Assembly (NCBI GenBank): GCA_046538645.1 | Contig: JBKHIL010000001.1 | Location: 1 to 36,654 of the forward strand | Source: Desulfovermiculus sp. | GTDB lineage: Bacteria > Desulfobacterota > Desulfovibrionia > Desulfovibrionales > Desulfothermaceae | Reading direction: 5' to 3' | DNA length: 36,654 bases | Part shown: one piece after another, positions 1 to 9,894 of the stretch | How positions within the stretch are numbered: position 1 is the first letter of the stretch | Layout: every line of letters begins with the position of its first letter | Notes under the pieces: model-generated | Told to the model about the DNA's origin: nothing | Databases searched by the model: none | Seen by the model: only the letters and a program-made list of their open reading frames with translations | Translations under genes and position numbers: made by a program

Positions 1-32
1 AAGGCGGCCAACACCAGCAGGCTACCCTTCAT
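1..32 (-). CDS. LysO/DUF340-family membrane protein, 5' end only (runs off the window edge)
   Basis: Minus-strand ATG at 32 reads MKGSLLVLAA..., a hydrophobic start that overlaps the stop of the upstream DUF340-like ORF. Only 10 codons are visible. Confidence 0.5.
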   Translation of the reverse strand, partial: MKGSLLVLAA

Positions 33-303
33 GTGCATCTCCAGGCAAAAACCGCTCCACAGGTTTGGCCCCCAACAGGCTGCCGGCAATGGCCCCCACA
101 GCCAGCATCAAACCTTCCCAGCCCAGGGACCATAAATTGTCCATAATCTCAGCATTTGACCCAATGGCTGCTCCCAGGACAAACAGAAGCATGATCACCA
201 GGACTTCACTGAGCTGGGCAATACCATGCATAAGACGTTTTTTGTGGCCAATTCGAGTCCCAAGGATTATACCGGCCCCAAAAAATACAATGATCCAGGC
301 CAT
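22..303 (-). CDS. Small LysO/DUF340-family membrane protein (lysine exporter-like half), 93 aa
   Basis: Start re-called at ATG 303 (MAWIIVFF) behind a G-rich SD (AAGGGGGGAG). Three hydrophobic segments and the motif LLFVLGAAIGSN...LWSLG typical of DUF340. Confidence 0.75.
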   Translation of the reverse strand: MAWIIVFFGAGIILGTRIGHKKRLMHGIAQLSEVLVIMLLFVLGAAIGSNAEIMDNLWSLGWEGLMLAVGAIAGSLLGAKPVERFLPGDAHEG

Positions 304-498
304 GCTCCCCCCTTGTTTGATATATTGACCCGGACGATGGGCTGTAGCATAAGCGGTCCCGGCTGGCAAACAAAGACTGGATTTGTTGCCTGAAATAACA
401 TATGCACGTAATCTGCTCTGTACAGGTACGATTTACGACACCACGTAAGGCGATCAGGCCTAACTCGACAAAGCCAAATCCTTAAGGAGAAAGACAGT

Positions 499-1680
499 AT
501 GCACTTGTCGCACCGTATCCTCCAGATCAAGCCTTCGGCTACCTTGAGCATTAATGCCAGGGCAGCTGAGCTCAAGGCTAAGGGCCAAGAGGTGATCAGC
601 CTGGCTGCCGGTGAGCCAGACTTTCAACCCCCCCAGCATGTGTTGCAGGCAGTCAAAGAGGCTGTGGATGCAGGTTGTGTCCGCTACACCCCTGTCCCTG
701 GATTGCCCGAACTGCGTCAGGCCTTAGCCGGGGCCTGTTCCAGACAGTATGGCCAGGATATCGCCCCCAATATGACAATTGCAACCAACGGGGGCAAACA
801 AGGGCTGTACAACCTGTTTCAATGCCTTCTCGATCCTGGCGACGAGGTCCTCATTCCCGCTCCCTACTGGGTCAGCTACCCGGATATGGTCTCTCTGGCC
901 CAGGGTACCCCTGTTTTTATCCCGTCCAGCCCGGACAAGGCTTTTCGGATCACTCCGGCCGATCTTCAGGCTCATCTCACAGACAAAACCCGTATCCTTG
1001 TCCTGAATACTCCCTCCAATCCAACTGGAAGCCACTATTCCCAGGCCGAGCTGGATGAACTCATTTTATGGGCGGTACAACACGATGTATTTGTCATTTC
1101 CGATGAGATCTACGACCAATTGGTCTATCCCCCTGCCCAGCCGGCAAGTGCCGGTCAGTGGCTCACCCGCCATCCGGAGCTCATAGCCGTATGCAACGGG
1201 CTGTCCAAGACCTTTGCCATGACCGGGTGGCGTATGGGCTATGTCATCTCGCACCCGGACCTGATCGCCAAGTTGAGCACTCTGCAGGGTCAAAGCACCT
1301 CCAATGTCTGCGTTCTGGTTCAGAAGGCGGCTGTGGCAGCCCTGCAGGGTCCAACAGATTTTTTACAGCACCACCGGGAGATCTTTCAAAAAAGACGTGA
1401 CCTGTGTCTGGAGCACATATCCAGTTGGCCCGGGGTGCAATGTCCCAGGCCGGACGGAGCTTTCTACCTTTTTCCCCGCATGGACGAAGTTTACACCCAG
1501 GACATACCGGATTCCACTGCCCTGTGCACCTATTTGCTGGATAAAGCTCAAGTGGCTCTGGTCCCCGGGGTGGCTTTCGGCGACGACCGGTGTCTGCGCA
1601 TATCGTATGCTCTGGATGAGGCCACTTTGATCCAGGCCCTGGACCGGATCAAAGCTGCCCTGGCTCCTTTGAGCGCATAA
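499..1680 (+). CDS. aspC: PLP-dependent class I/II aminotransferase (aspartate aminotransferase)
   Basis: GEPDF, PYWVSY, NTPSNPTG, SDEIY and PLP-lysine motif GLSKTFAMTGWRMG; SD AAGGAG upstream. Confidence 0.9.
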   Translation: MHLSHRILQIKPSATLSINARAAELKAKGQEVISLAAGEPDFQPPQHVLQAVKEAVDAGCVRYTPVPGLPELRQALAGACSRQYGQDIAPNMTIATNGGKQGLYNLFQCLLDPGDEVLIPAPYWVSYPDMVSLAQGTPVFIPSSPDKAFRITPADLQAHLTDKTRILVLNTPSNPTGSHYSQAELDELILWAVQHDVFVISDEIYDQLVYPPAQPASAGQWLTRHPELIAVCNGLSKTFAMTGWRMGYVISHPDLIAKLSTLQGQSTSNVCVLVQKAAVAALQGPTDFLQHHREIFQKRRDLCLEHISSWPGVQCPRPDGAFYLFPRMDEVYTQDIPDSTALCTYLLDKAQVALVPGVAFGDDRCLRISYALDEATLIQALDRIKAALAPLSA

Positions 1681-1718
1681 AAACATAAACCGCAACATGA
1701 TACTGCGTATTTACTAAA

Positions 1719-2939
1719 ATGTCAGGACTTTTATACTCCATTTCCATCAGCGGTCCCAATGAGACCAGGCTGGTCCGGGATATGACCCGGACCTTAAGCC
1801 ATTATCAGGCCAACATCCTGGATATATCTGAGGCTGTCATCCACGACTGGCTGAGCATGGCTCTGATTATCGAGCTTAAGGCCGCGTCCTATCCAGATGA
1901 ACTCTTTGAGTCCCTTTTGCATACTGCCAAAAAGCACAGTCTGCACATGCAATTCAGTCAGATATCCCTCGAGCACTATGAAAATTGGGTTCAGGCCCAG
2001 GAGGGATCACGGAGCATTATTACTTTGCTCAGCCGTCAGGTCAGCGCCCAGCATGTTCACCAAGTGGCCGAACTGGTTGCTGAACACGGCCTGGACATCG
2101 TATCTATCCAGCGGCTGTCCGCTCTTGACTCATTCACCGGAACATTTCATCCCAGCATGGCCTGCATTGAATTTGTTCTGCATGGTCACCCGTTGGATAT
2201 GCATATGGTTCGCAATGCCATTATTCATCTCTCCCATCAGGACGGGATCGATCTGGCCTGGCAGGAAGAAAGCCCATTCCGCAGACAGCGGCGGCTGATC
2301 GCCTTTGACATGGACTCCACTCTGATTCAAACCGAAATTATCGATGAACTGGCCCTGGAGGCTGGAGTAGGGCCGGAAGTAGCAGACATCACCTCAAAGA
2401 CCATGCATGGGGAACTTGATTTTCAGACCAGCCTGGTGGAAAGAGTGGCCCTGCTCAAGGGGCTTCATGCCGAGGTCCTGGACAAAGTGGCCCGGCGCAT
2501 GCCCCTGGCTGAAGGCGCAGGCCGCCTCATTTCCAGCCTGAAGCGCCTGGGCTATACAGTAGCCGTTATCTCCGGCGGCTTTACCTATTTCGGCTCCTAT
2601 CTCCAGCAGCGCCTGGGGCTGGATTACGTCTTTGCCAACGAGCTGGAAATCGATGAGGGCGTTCTTACCGGACGATTAAAGGGAGAGATAGTGGACGGAC
2701 CGAAAAAGGCTGAGCTTTTGCAACGATTAGCCGATTCCAAGGGCCTGAGCATGGATCAGGTAGTGGCCGTTGGCGACGGGGCCAATGACCTGCCCATGTT
2801 AAACACTGCCGGTCTGGGCATAGCCTTTCATGCCAAGCCACTGGTCAGGCAAGGGGCCAAGCAGTCGATCAGCAATGTGGGCTTAGACGGCATCCTTTAC
2901 TTCCTGGGCCTCAGAGACCAGGAAGCCCTGCGTGGATGA
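1719..2939 (+). CDS. serB: Phosphoserine phosphatase with N-terminal ACT domains
   Basis: HAD motifs FDMDSTLIQTE, ISGGF, K and GDGANDLPM; two ACT-like repeats in the first ~185 aa. Confidence 0.93.
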   Translation: MSGLLYSISISGPNETRLVRDMTRTLSHYQANILDISEAVIHDWLSMALIIELKAASYPDELFESLLHTAKKHSLHMQFSQISLEHYENWVQAQEGSRSIITLLSRQVSAQHVHQVAELVAEHGLDIVSIQRLSALDSFTGTFHPSMACIEFVLHGHPLDMHMVRNAIIHLSHQDGIDLAWQEESPFRRQRRLIAFDMDSTLIQTEIIDELALEAGVGPEVADITSKTMHGELDFQTSLVERVALLKGLHAEVLDKVARRMPLAEGAGRLISSLKRLGYTVAVISGGFTYFGSYLQQRLGLDYVFANELEIDEGVLTGRLKGEIVDGPKKAELLQRLADSKGLSMDQVVAVGDGANDLPMLNTAGLGIAFHAKPLVRQGAKQSISNVGLDGILYFLGLRDQEALRG

Positions 2940-2980
2940 AACACCAAAACAACGAACCAGAAAAGACCAGGGAAATATTT

Positions 2981-3004
2981 GCCCAAGGTCTCTGGGCTTT
3001 ACTT
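2981..3004 (+). terminator. Candidate intrinsic terminator after aspC-serB
   Basis: GCCCA-AGGTCTC-TGGGC stem followed by TTTACTT in the convergent serB/topA gap. The stem is short, and a longer imperfect hairpin at 2957-2995 is an alternative fold. Confidence 0.4.
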
Positions 3005-3074
3005 ATTATTGTCAACAATTTCGGGGCATGAGATCTGTATCTGGATTGCAGCACCTCCTGTCCTCCGCATTGCG

Positions 3075-5357
3075 TTATTCCTTGCTGCCTTCATCTGACT
3101 CCTGAGAGCCCGCGTCCTCTTTCAGTTTGTGCCAATAGGGGCACTTCTTGTTGGGACAGGCCAGATGTTCACCACGGGCCTTTGTCGATTTTCTGACCAG
3201 GACCGGGCTGTCGCACTTGGGACAGCTCTCGGAGACCGGGTAATCCCACAGGGCATATGTGCATTCCGGATACTGGTCACAGGCATAAAAGACCTTACCC
3301 CGCTTTGAACTCTTTTCCACCAGCCGGCCGGGGCACCCTTCCTGGGGGCAGGGAACTCCGGTACTGTAAGGCTGGGCATACTTGCATTTCGGGTAGCTGG
3401 AACAGGCAATAAACCTGCTTCCGGTCCTGGCCTTTTTCAATACCAGGTCTGATCCGCACTGGGGGCATGTCCCCACCTTGGGCTGATCAGATGCTGATTT
3501 TTCTTCCAGCTGAATCTTTCCCTGTTCATCCCGGGTAAAATTGGATGTATTGGTGCACTCCGGATAGCCGCTGCAGGCCAGAAACTCTCCATTTTTTCCA
3601 AACTTGATGACCATGGGCCGCCCGCACTGTTCACAGACAACATCAGTCTGGATACCGCTCTTGACCTCAGACATCTCCAGTTTGGCCTTTTCCAGAGTGG
3701 GGTTAAAATCCTGAGTAAAGGAATGCAGCAAGGCCATCCAATCCTGCTCTCCTGTAGCCACCTGATCCAGCTGGTCTTCCATCCGAGCGGTAAATCCGAC
3801 ATCCATAAATCTGGGAAAATGCCCGACCAGAAGATCATTGACCGTAAACCCCAGCTCTGTAGGTGCAAACTGGCGTCCTTCCATGCGTGCATAGTCCCTG
3901 TCCCGCAGTGTGGTGATGATCTGGGCATAGGTGGATGGCCGCCCGATGCCCTCATCCTCGAGTTTGCGGACCAGTGAAGCCTCTGTAAACCGAGGTGGGG
4001 GCTGGGTGAACTTTTGCTCCCTGGACAGGGCCTGAAGACCAACCTCCTCCCCTTTGACCAGCGATGGCAGCTGGAGTTCTTTGGATTGATCGTCGGGCAC
4101 ATACAGGCTCATAAATCCCGGAAAGATCATCCGTTCACCTTTGGCCCGCCACAAGGTGTTTTCAGCCTGCACAATCACCGTCGTATCCCAGAACCTGGCC
4201 GCAGCCATCTGAGAGGCCACAAACCTGACCCAGATAAGCTTATACAGCTGATACTGCTGACGGCTGAGATGAGGCCGGACCTCATCCGGATGAAGGGCCA
4301 CATCCACCGGGCGGATGGCCTCATGAGCATCCTGGGCCGTCCCCTTGCTCTTAAACATTCGCGGCTTGGAGGGATAATAATCGGCCCCCATATTGGCCAC
4401 TATCCACTTTTTGGCAGCCTCCCTTGCTTCATTGGACACCCGGACCGAGTCTGTCCGCATGTAGGTAATAAGGGCTGTCGTCCCGATGCTGCCCAAATCG
4501 ACACCCTCATAGAGCTGTTGGGCCAAAGCCATGGTTTGCTTGGCTGAAAAGTTATGCCGATTGCTGGCCTCCTGCTGTAAACTGGAAGTGATAAACGGAG
4601 GTTTGGGCTGTTTGTTCCGTTCCTTTTCAGTCACTTCCTGGACCACAAATCTGGCCTGATTGATCCTGGCTGTCAGGTCATCGGCCTGCTCCTTGTTGCC
4701 CACCACAGCTTTTTTGCCTTCAATTTTCCACAGCTCGGCCTCAAACTCGGGGGGGGCCCCAGCCATGAGTTGAGCCTTAAAGACCCAGTATTCTTCCGGT
4801 ACAAAGGCCTGACGCTCTTTCTCTCTCTCCACGATCAACCGCAGGGCAACGGACTGAACTCTCCCTGCGGATATGCCCCGCTTGACTTTTTGCCACAAAA
4901 GAGGAGAAATCTTGTATCCTACCAGGCGATCGAGAATCCTTCTGGCCTGCTGGGATTGAAACAGACGCTCATCCAAGTTTCTCGGGTGCTTCAGGGCCTC
5001 TCTGACGGCGTTTGCCGTGATCTCGTTAAACTGAATGCGGTGGATTCTGGTGTTTGCAGGCTTTATCAGCTCGGCCACATGCCAGGCAATAGCCTCTCCT
5101 TCCCTGTCCGGGTCAGGAGCCAGATATACGTGTTCCGCTTGCTTGGCAGCTTTTTTCAGCTTGGTGACCACTTTCTGCTTGCCGGGCAACACCTGATACT
5201 GGGGTTGAAAATCGTGCTCCTCATCAACTCCCAGCTTGCTTCCCGGCAGATCCCGCACATGGCCCACTGAGGCCTCGACCATATAATCCCGGCCCAAGAA
5301 CTTGGAGATGGTCTTGACTTTGGCCGGGGACTCGACAATGATTAAGTCCTTGCTCAT
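3075..5357 (-). CDS. topA: DNA topoisomerase I with four C-terminal C4 zinc ribbons, 760 aa
   Basis: Start re-called at ATG 5357 (MSKDLIIVESPAK, TOPRIM). DPDREGE, SAGRVQS, catalytic LITYMRTDS, GIGRPSTY, and repeated CxxC...C-x-YPxC units. Confidence 0.97.
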   Translation of the reverse strand: MSKDLIIVESPAKVKTISKFLGRDYMVEASVGHVRDLPGSKLGVDEEHDFQPQYQVLPGKQKVVTKLKKAAKQAEHVYLAPDPDREGEAIAWHVAELIKPANTRIHRIQFNEITANAVREALKHPRNLDERLFQSQQARRILDRLVGYKISPLLWQKVKRGISAGRVQSVALRLIVEREKERQAFVPEEYWVFKAQLMAGAPPEFEAELWKIEGKKAVVGNKEQADDLTARINQARFVVQEVTEKERNKQPKPPFITSSLQQEASNRHNFSAKQTMALAQQLYEGVDLGSIGTTALITYMRTDSVRVSNEAREAAKKWIVANMGADYYPSKPRMFKSKGTAQDAHEAIRPVDVALHPDEVRPHLSRQQYQLYKLIWVRFVASQMAAARFWDTTVIVQAENTLWRAKGERMIFPGFMSLYVPDDQSKELQLPSLVKGEEVGLQALSREQKFTQPPPRFTEASLVRKLEDEGIGRPSTYAQIITTLRDRDYARMEGRQFAPTELGFTVNDLLVGHFPRFMDVGFTARMEDQLDQVATGEQDWMALLHSFTQDFNPTLEKAKLEMSEVKSGIQTDVVCEQCGRPMVIKFGKNGEFLACSGYPECTNTSNFTRDEQGKIQLEEKSASDQPKVGTCPQCGSDLVLKKARTGSRFIACSSYPKCKYAQPYSTGVPCPQEGCPGRLVEKSSKRGKVFYACDQYPECTYALWDYPVSESCPKCDSPVLVRKSTKARGEHLACPNKKCPYWHKLKEDAGSQESDEGSKE

Positions 5358-5498
5358 AATACCCGGGGCTATACTTGCTTCCAGCATCAAGTGCAAGCAT
5401 TCATTCAACACATTGATTATTTTATTTTTATTTGCTAGAAATAAAAAAAAGATTTCCTGCACCCTTGAGCACAACCAGAACGAACACGGCAATATTGT

Positions 5499-6434
5499 AT
5501 GCACGCACCTGAGAATGAACCCCGAAGCGGCGTGGTGGCCATTATCGGCCCCCCCAATGCAGGCAAATCTACCCTGTTGAACTGTCTCGTGGGCCACAAG
5601 CTGGCCATTGTCACCCCCAAGCCGCAGACAACCCGCAATCAGATCAGCGGCATTCTCTCCCGCCCCGGATTGCAGGTGGTGTTCCTGGATACCCCCGGCA
5701 TCCACCGCCCCGGTTCACGCATGAATTCCCTTTTTGTTCAGGTGGCCTGGCAGGCCTTATCCGCAGCAGATCTGGCCCTGCTTGTCTTAGATGGTTCACT
5801 CGCGGCGGCCAAACCGGAGCGTTTTCAGGCCCAGGTGGAGCTCATCCAATCCAGGATCCGCACCCTGTCTCTGCCCGTGATTGTGGTGGTCAACAAGACA
5901 GATCTCATCAGGAATAAGAACGAACTTATGCCGGTGATTTTAAACCTGAGCTCCTGCTTTCCGCAGGCCGAGATAGTCCCTGTCTCTGCCGCCCAAGAAG
6001 AAAACACCGATCACCTTCTGACCCTGATGGGCTCGTATCTTCCCTATGGTCCTGCCCTCTATCCTGAGGACCAGCTCTCCACCCTTCCGGTCCGTTTCCT
6101 GGCCTCGGAAATCATCCGGGAAAAACTGTTTTTCAGCCTGGACCGGGAGCTGCCGTATTCCGTGGCTGTGGCCATCGAGCATTGGGAAGAGGACCCGGAT
6201 CAGGCACTGGTCACCATCCATGCCTTGATCTATGTCCCCAAATCAAGTCATAAAGGGATAGTCATCGGGCACCGCGGAGCCAGCCTCAAAAAGGTGGGGC
6301 AAAAGGCCAGGCTGGAATTAGAAGAGCTTTTGGACATGCGGGTCAATCTGCAGATGTGGGTCAAGGTCAAACCCAAATGGACAGAGGATCAAAGTTTTGT
6401 CCTCCGTTTTTTGCCTGAACTGAGCGCATACTAA
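5499..6434 (+). CDS. era: GTPase Era
   Basis: GPPNAGKST, PQTTR, DTPG, NKTD, and KH domain VIGHRG. Confidence 0.96.
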   Translation: MHAPENEPRSGVVAIIGPPNAGKSTLLNCLVGHKLAIVTPKPQTTRNQISGILSRPGLQVVFLDTPGIHRPGSRMNSLFVQVAWQALSAADLALLVLDGSLAAAKPERFQAQVELIQSRIRTLSLPVIVVVNKTDLIRNKNELMPVILNLSSCFPQAEIVPVSAAQEENTDHLLTLMGSYLPYGPALYPEDQLSTLPVRFLASEIIREKLFFSLDRELPYSVAVAIEHWEEDPDQALVTIHALIYVPKSSHKGIVIGHRGASLKKVGQKARLELEELLDMRVNLQMWVKVKPKWTEDQSFVLRFLPELSAY

Positions 6435-6450
6435 CCGGGGAAGACAAGGT

Positions 6451-7152
6451 ATGGATAAAGCACGAGATATCATCACCCGCTGGCAGGAGATCCGGTCTGA
6501 GATCGAAAAGACAGCCGTGCGGTGCAACCGGAACCCTGAACATATCACCCTGGTGGCCGTCTCCAAGACCCATCCGGCCCAGGCCGTACGGATTCTCTCA
6601 CAGGCCGGACACCTGGATTTCGGGGAAAATTATGTCCAGGAAGCCATCGACAAACAGGAGGAACTCAGTGATATCGCGATCCGCTGGCACTTCATCGGCC
6701 GCCTCCAGTCCAACAAGGCCAAATATCTTCCCGGCCGCTTTGACCTCATCCACTCCCTGGACCGCCTGAAAACAGCCCAGGCTCTTGATCAACGCTGTGC
6801 TCCGCTCGGGGTGGTCCAGAAAGTACTCATTCAAGTCAATCTGGCTGGTGAGGAGCAAAAAGGCGGTCTCTCTGTGTCTGAGCTGAGCACTGTGGCCCGG
6901 GAAATCAACGCACTTCCACATATCGATGTCCAGGGCCTTATGTGCATGCCTCCTTTTTTTGATGATCCCACACGGGCCCGGCCCTTTTTCCGCCGCCTGG
7001 CCCAAGAACGGGATCGCCTCCAGGACGAGCTGGGAATCGAACTGAGGCATCTGTCCATGGGCATGAGCGGGGATTACCTGGCGGCTATAGAAGAAGGAGC
7101 AACCTTGCTCCGCATCGGGACCTCAATCTTCGGTCACAGAGACTATGACTGA
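6451..7152 (+). CDS. yggS: YggS/PLPBP pyridoxal phosphate homeostasis protein
   Basis: VAVSKTH, FGENYVQE, WHFIGRLQSNK, LSMGMSGDY, RIGTSIFG. Confidence 0.95.
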   Translation: MDKARDIITRWQEIRSEIEKTAVRCNRNPEHITLVAVSKTHPAQAVRILSQAGHLDFGENYVQEAIDKQEELSDIAIRWHFIGRLQSNKAKYLPGRFDLIHSLDRLKTAQALDQRCAPLGVVQKVLIQVNLAGEEQKGGLSVSELSTVAREINALPHIDVQGLMCMPPFFDDPTRARPFFRRLAQERDRLQDELGIELRHLSMGMSGDYLAAIEEGATLLRIGTSIFGHRDYD

Positions 7153-7301
7153 AAGCGTGAGGGTCTGGAGCATGATTTCACGTCACCAGCCTCGTTCTGC
7201 GTCAACTTATTCTTCTTCCATCACAGAGATAATCCGTTCTTGCTCTGGTTATTCCTTAGCGAGATGCGAGACAGGACACGTAGCTTATGTTCTCACTCAT
7301 T

Positions 7302-8054
7302 TCATATCTGTCCTGCCAGGTGCTGGCGCAAAAATTCAGTCAACAGCATGCTCCCGGCCTGGGCCACATTTAAGGAATCAAAATGCCCGGCCATAGGCAG
7401 GGTCAGACCGGCCAGACAGGATCTGGCAACCAGGGGTCGCACCCCTTTTTCCTCATTGCCCAGCACCAGAACAGCCGGCCGCATGAGGCGGGTCTGAAAC
7501 ACATTTTGGCAGGCCTGGTCTGTCCCCGCATAATAGGGGATAATATTTCGTTCTTGACAAGTCGTTAAAAATCTTGCCATGTTATGAATTCGGGTAACCG
7601 GGAGGTGACTCAAAGCTCCTGCAGCAGCCTTATGCGCCCTTTGTCCGAGTGATGCGCTCCGATGGCGCATCAGAACAAGCCCGGCTCCGCCCAGGGCATA
7701 GAGAGTGCGGGCCAGGGTACCCACATTTCCACTGTCCTGGACTTGGTCCAGGGCCACTATAACCGGAAAACTGGCGTTGGACACTGAGTCCATGAGCCAT
7801 TCCGGGGACCAAAATCCGGGTTGGAAACACTTGGCTGCATACCCCTGATGGACTCCGTGGCTTAACTCGTCCAGTTTGGACCTGGGAACAAACTGAAATT
7901 TCACCCCTGCCCTGCGGCATAGTGCAACCACTGGCTGGACATCTTTTTTCCGGCTTTCCTGGATGAGGACTGTCTCCAGGGTCTCTGGTGCCCGGTGCAG
8001 GGTTTCCAGAACAGCCTGCCTGCCGATGAGATGAAAGACGTCATTGTCAATCAT
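7302..8054 (-). CDS. rlmB: SPOUT/TrmH-family RNA 2'-O-methyltransferase, RlmB-like
   Basis: Start re-called at ATG 8054 behind AAGGAG. HQG, LDQVQDSGNVG, LGNEEKG and SLNVAQA SPOUT motifs. Confidence 0.85.
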   Translation of the reverse strand: MIDNDVFHLIGRQAVLETLHRAPETLETVLIQESRKKDVQPVVALCRRAGVKFQFVPRSKLDELSHGVHQGYAAKCFQPGFWSPEWLMDSVSNASFPVIVALDQVQDSGNVGTLARTLYALGGAGLVLMRHRSASLGQRAHKAAAGALSHLPVTRIHNMARFLTTCQERNIIPYYAGTDQACQNVFQTRLMRPAVLVLGNEEKGVRPLVARSCLAGLTLPMAGHFDSLNVAQAGSMLLTEFLRQHLAGQI

Positions 8055-8082
8055 GCACTCAAACTCCTTAAGGAACAACTTT

Positions 8083-9882
8083 ATGCGCGTGGTCTTATGT
8101 TGGTGCCTAATGTGCCTTTTCCTGGCTGGATGTGCCCATGTGGGAAAGCAAAAAAGCAGCCCAGACCAGGGAGAGCAGACATCAGCTGATCAGGAGAACG
8201 TCCCTTTGCAGTCCCCTCCTCCCTATCTTGACCTGGCTGCGCCTGATTCGCACGATGTCTTGGCTTCTGTCCCTTCCAGACAAGACCAGGCCCAGCCCTT
8301 GGAAAAAGAAGTCACCGAGTCTCCACGCTCACAGTCCGCCAATGCCACCGTCCTCACCCCGCAAGAAATTCAGGCTTTACAGACCGAGCCCGAAATCGAC
8401 TTTGAGTTAGACATTAAGGAGACCGACATCCTGGAAGACTATTTCATTTCCTACACCCAAGAGAGTCATCACGTCTTCCAGAAATGGCTGAAAAGGGCTG
8501 AACCATATCTCCCCTATATCCGGAAGGTATTTACCGAGCATGGTTTGCCACAAGACCTGGTTTTTCTCCCTTTCGCCGAAAGTGGATTTAATCCCATGGC
8601 CTATTCCCGATCCGGTGCAGCTGGCATGTGGCAGTTCATGCCCGCTACCGGCCGCATGCTCGGCCTGGAGTCCGGCTGGTGGATTGATGAGCGGCGCGAT
8701 CCATACAAGTCGACACGAGCCGCAGCTAAATTTTTGAAAAAGCTCTATGCCCAGTTTGATGACTGGTATCTGGTTCTGGCTGCCTACAATGCTGGAGACG
8801 GCCATGTGGCCCGGGCCATGCGCCGCAGCGGGCAATCAGATTATTTTGATTTAGCTGACGCGGAACAGCTCCACAATGAAACCTGCCGGTATGTGCCCAA
8901 GTTCTTGGCTGTACTCAAAATTGTGCGCAACCTGGAGAAATTGGGATTTGAGCCCTTAAATTGGGATGAATCGGCCGAGCCGGATTCTGTCACGGTCCCG
9001 CCAGGCACAGACCTGACTGGATTAGCTGATGCTGCTGGCCTCAGCTGGTCCCGTTTTAAAGCCTTAAATCCTGCCTTTCGAAGATCAGCTGCCCCGCCGG
9101 ACAAAAAATATCACATCTATCTGCCGGACAATAAATTAGCAGCAGCTCAAAAGTATATATCCCAAACCAAACACACGGCTTCCAAAGGTGTCCACCGCTA
9201 CCGCATCCGGTCCGGAGACTCCTGGTGGCAGATCTCCAAACGCTTCGATATTCCTCTGGCTGAGCTCAAAAAGTTTAACCAGAAATCTTCAGATGTCCTG
9301 CGCCCGGGAGAGTGGGTGCTCATCCCCGGTGCTGGACGCGATGACGCACAAGACCCGGGAGCTGGCACCGGTTCCGGCTATATGGTTAAATCCGGGGATA
9401 CTGTGTGGGGCATTGCCCAAGAGCTGGGCATCTCAGTCACGTCACTTAAAGAAGCAAACCCTGAGATTGCTGCTGCCCGGCTCCCGGTGGGGAAAAGGCT
9501 CAAGCTCCCTGGACAAGCCACGACCCGGCGTATCGCCAGCAGCCGGTCCAACTATGAGGTCAGATCCGGAGACACCCTCTGGAGCATAGCCCGGCGATTT
9601 GATCTCAGCTTGTCCTCCCTGGTCCAGGCCAACGGTCTGAACCAGGACCGCCCCTTAAAAGTAGGGACCAAATTGTACATCCCGGACATGAACTCTGCCC
9701 AGCAGGCCCAGGCCAGGCAGACCGCCCAAAAGAACCGAACACATTACCAGGTCAAAAAAGGGGACAATGTCTGGTCCATAGCCCGGAAATTCGGGGTCAG
9801 CGCCCAAAAGGTCCTGAAATGGAACAAGCTTTCTTCCCGTGATGTCATCAGCCCTGGAGACACACTGACCATCTATAGGTGA
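8083..9882 (+). CDS. mltD: MltD-type lipoprotein lytic transglycosylase with four clear LysM domains
   Basis: Start re-called at ATG 8083. Lipobox FLAGC, SLT motifs AESGFNP, AAGMWQF, AAYNAG, ETCRYV, and four Y-x-[IV]-x-x-GD LysM repeats. Confidence 0.9.
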   Translation: MRVVLCWCLMCLFLAGCAHVGKQKSSPDQGEQTSADQENVPLQSPPPYLDLAAPDSHDVLASVPSRQDQAQPLEKEVTESPRSQSANATVLTPQEIQALQTEPEIDFELDIKETDILEDYFISYTQESHHVFQKWLKRAEPYLPYIRKVFTEHGLPQDLVFLPFAESGFNPMAYSRSGAAGMWQFMPATGRMLGLESGWWIDERRDPYKSTRAAAKFLKKLYAQFDDWYLVLAAYNAGDGHVARAMRRSGQSDYFDLADAEQLHNETCRYVPKFLAVLKIVRNLEKLGFEPLNWDESAEPDSVTVPPGTDLTGLADAAGLSWSRFKALNPAFRRSAAPPDKKYHIYLPDNKLAAAQKYISQTKHTASKGVHRYRIRSGDSWWQISKRFDIPLAELKKFNQKSSDVLRPGEWVLIPGAGRDDAQDPGAGTGSGYMVKSGDTVWGIAQELGISVTSLKEANPEIAAARLPVGKRLKLPGQATTRRIASSRSNYEVRSGDTLWSIARRFDLSLSSLVQANGLNQDRPLKVGTKLYIPDMNSAQQAQARQTAQKNRTHYQVKKGDNVWSIARKFGVSAQKVLKWNKLSSRDVISPGDTLTIYR

Positions 9883-9894
9883 GGACATAGGTAA

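Noticed and set aside
5358-5705. 116-aa N-terminal extension of topA in the ORF track
   Set aside because: It is antisense to era and crosses the AT-rich spacer; the TOPRIM domain starts at MSKDLIIVES (5357).
7174-7189. parS-like TTTCACGT core in the yggS/rlmB gap
   Set aside because: Only a partial half-site with no palindrome.
9190-9880. Repeated TCCGG(A/G)GA-like segments in mltD
   Set aside because: Explained by LysM domain repeats; not a DNA repeat array or CRISPR.
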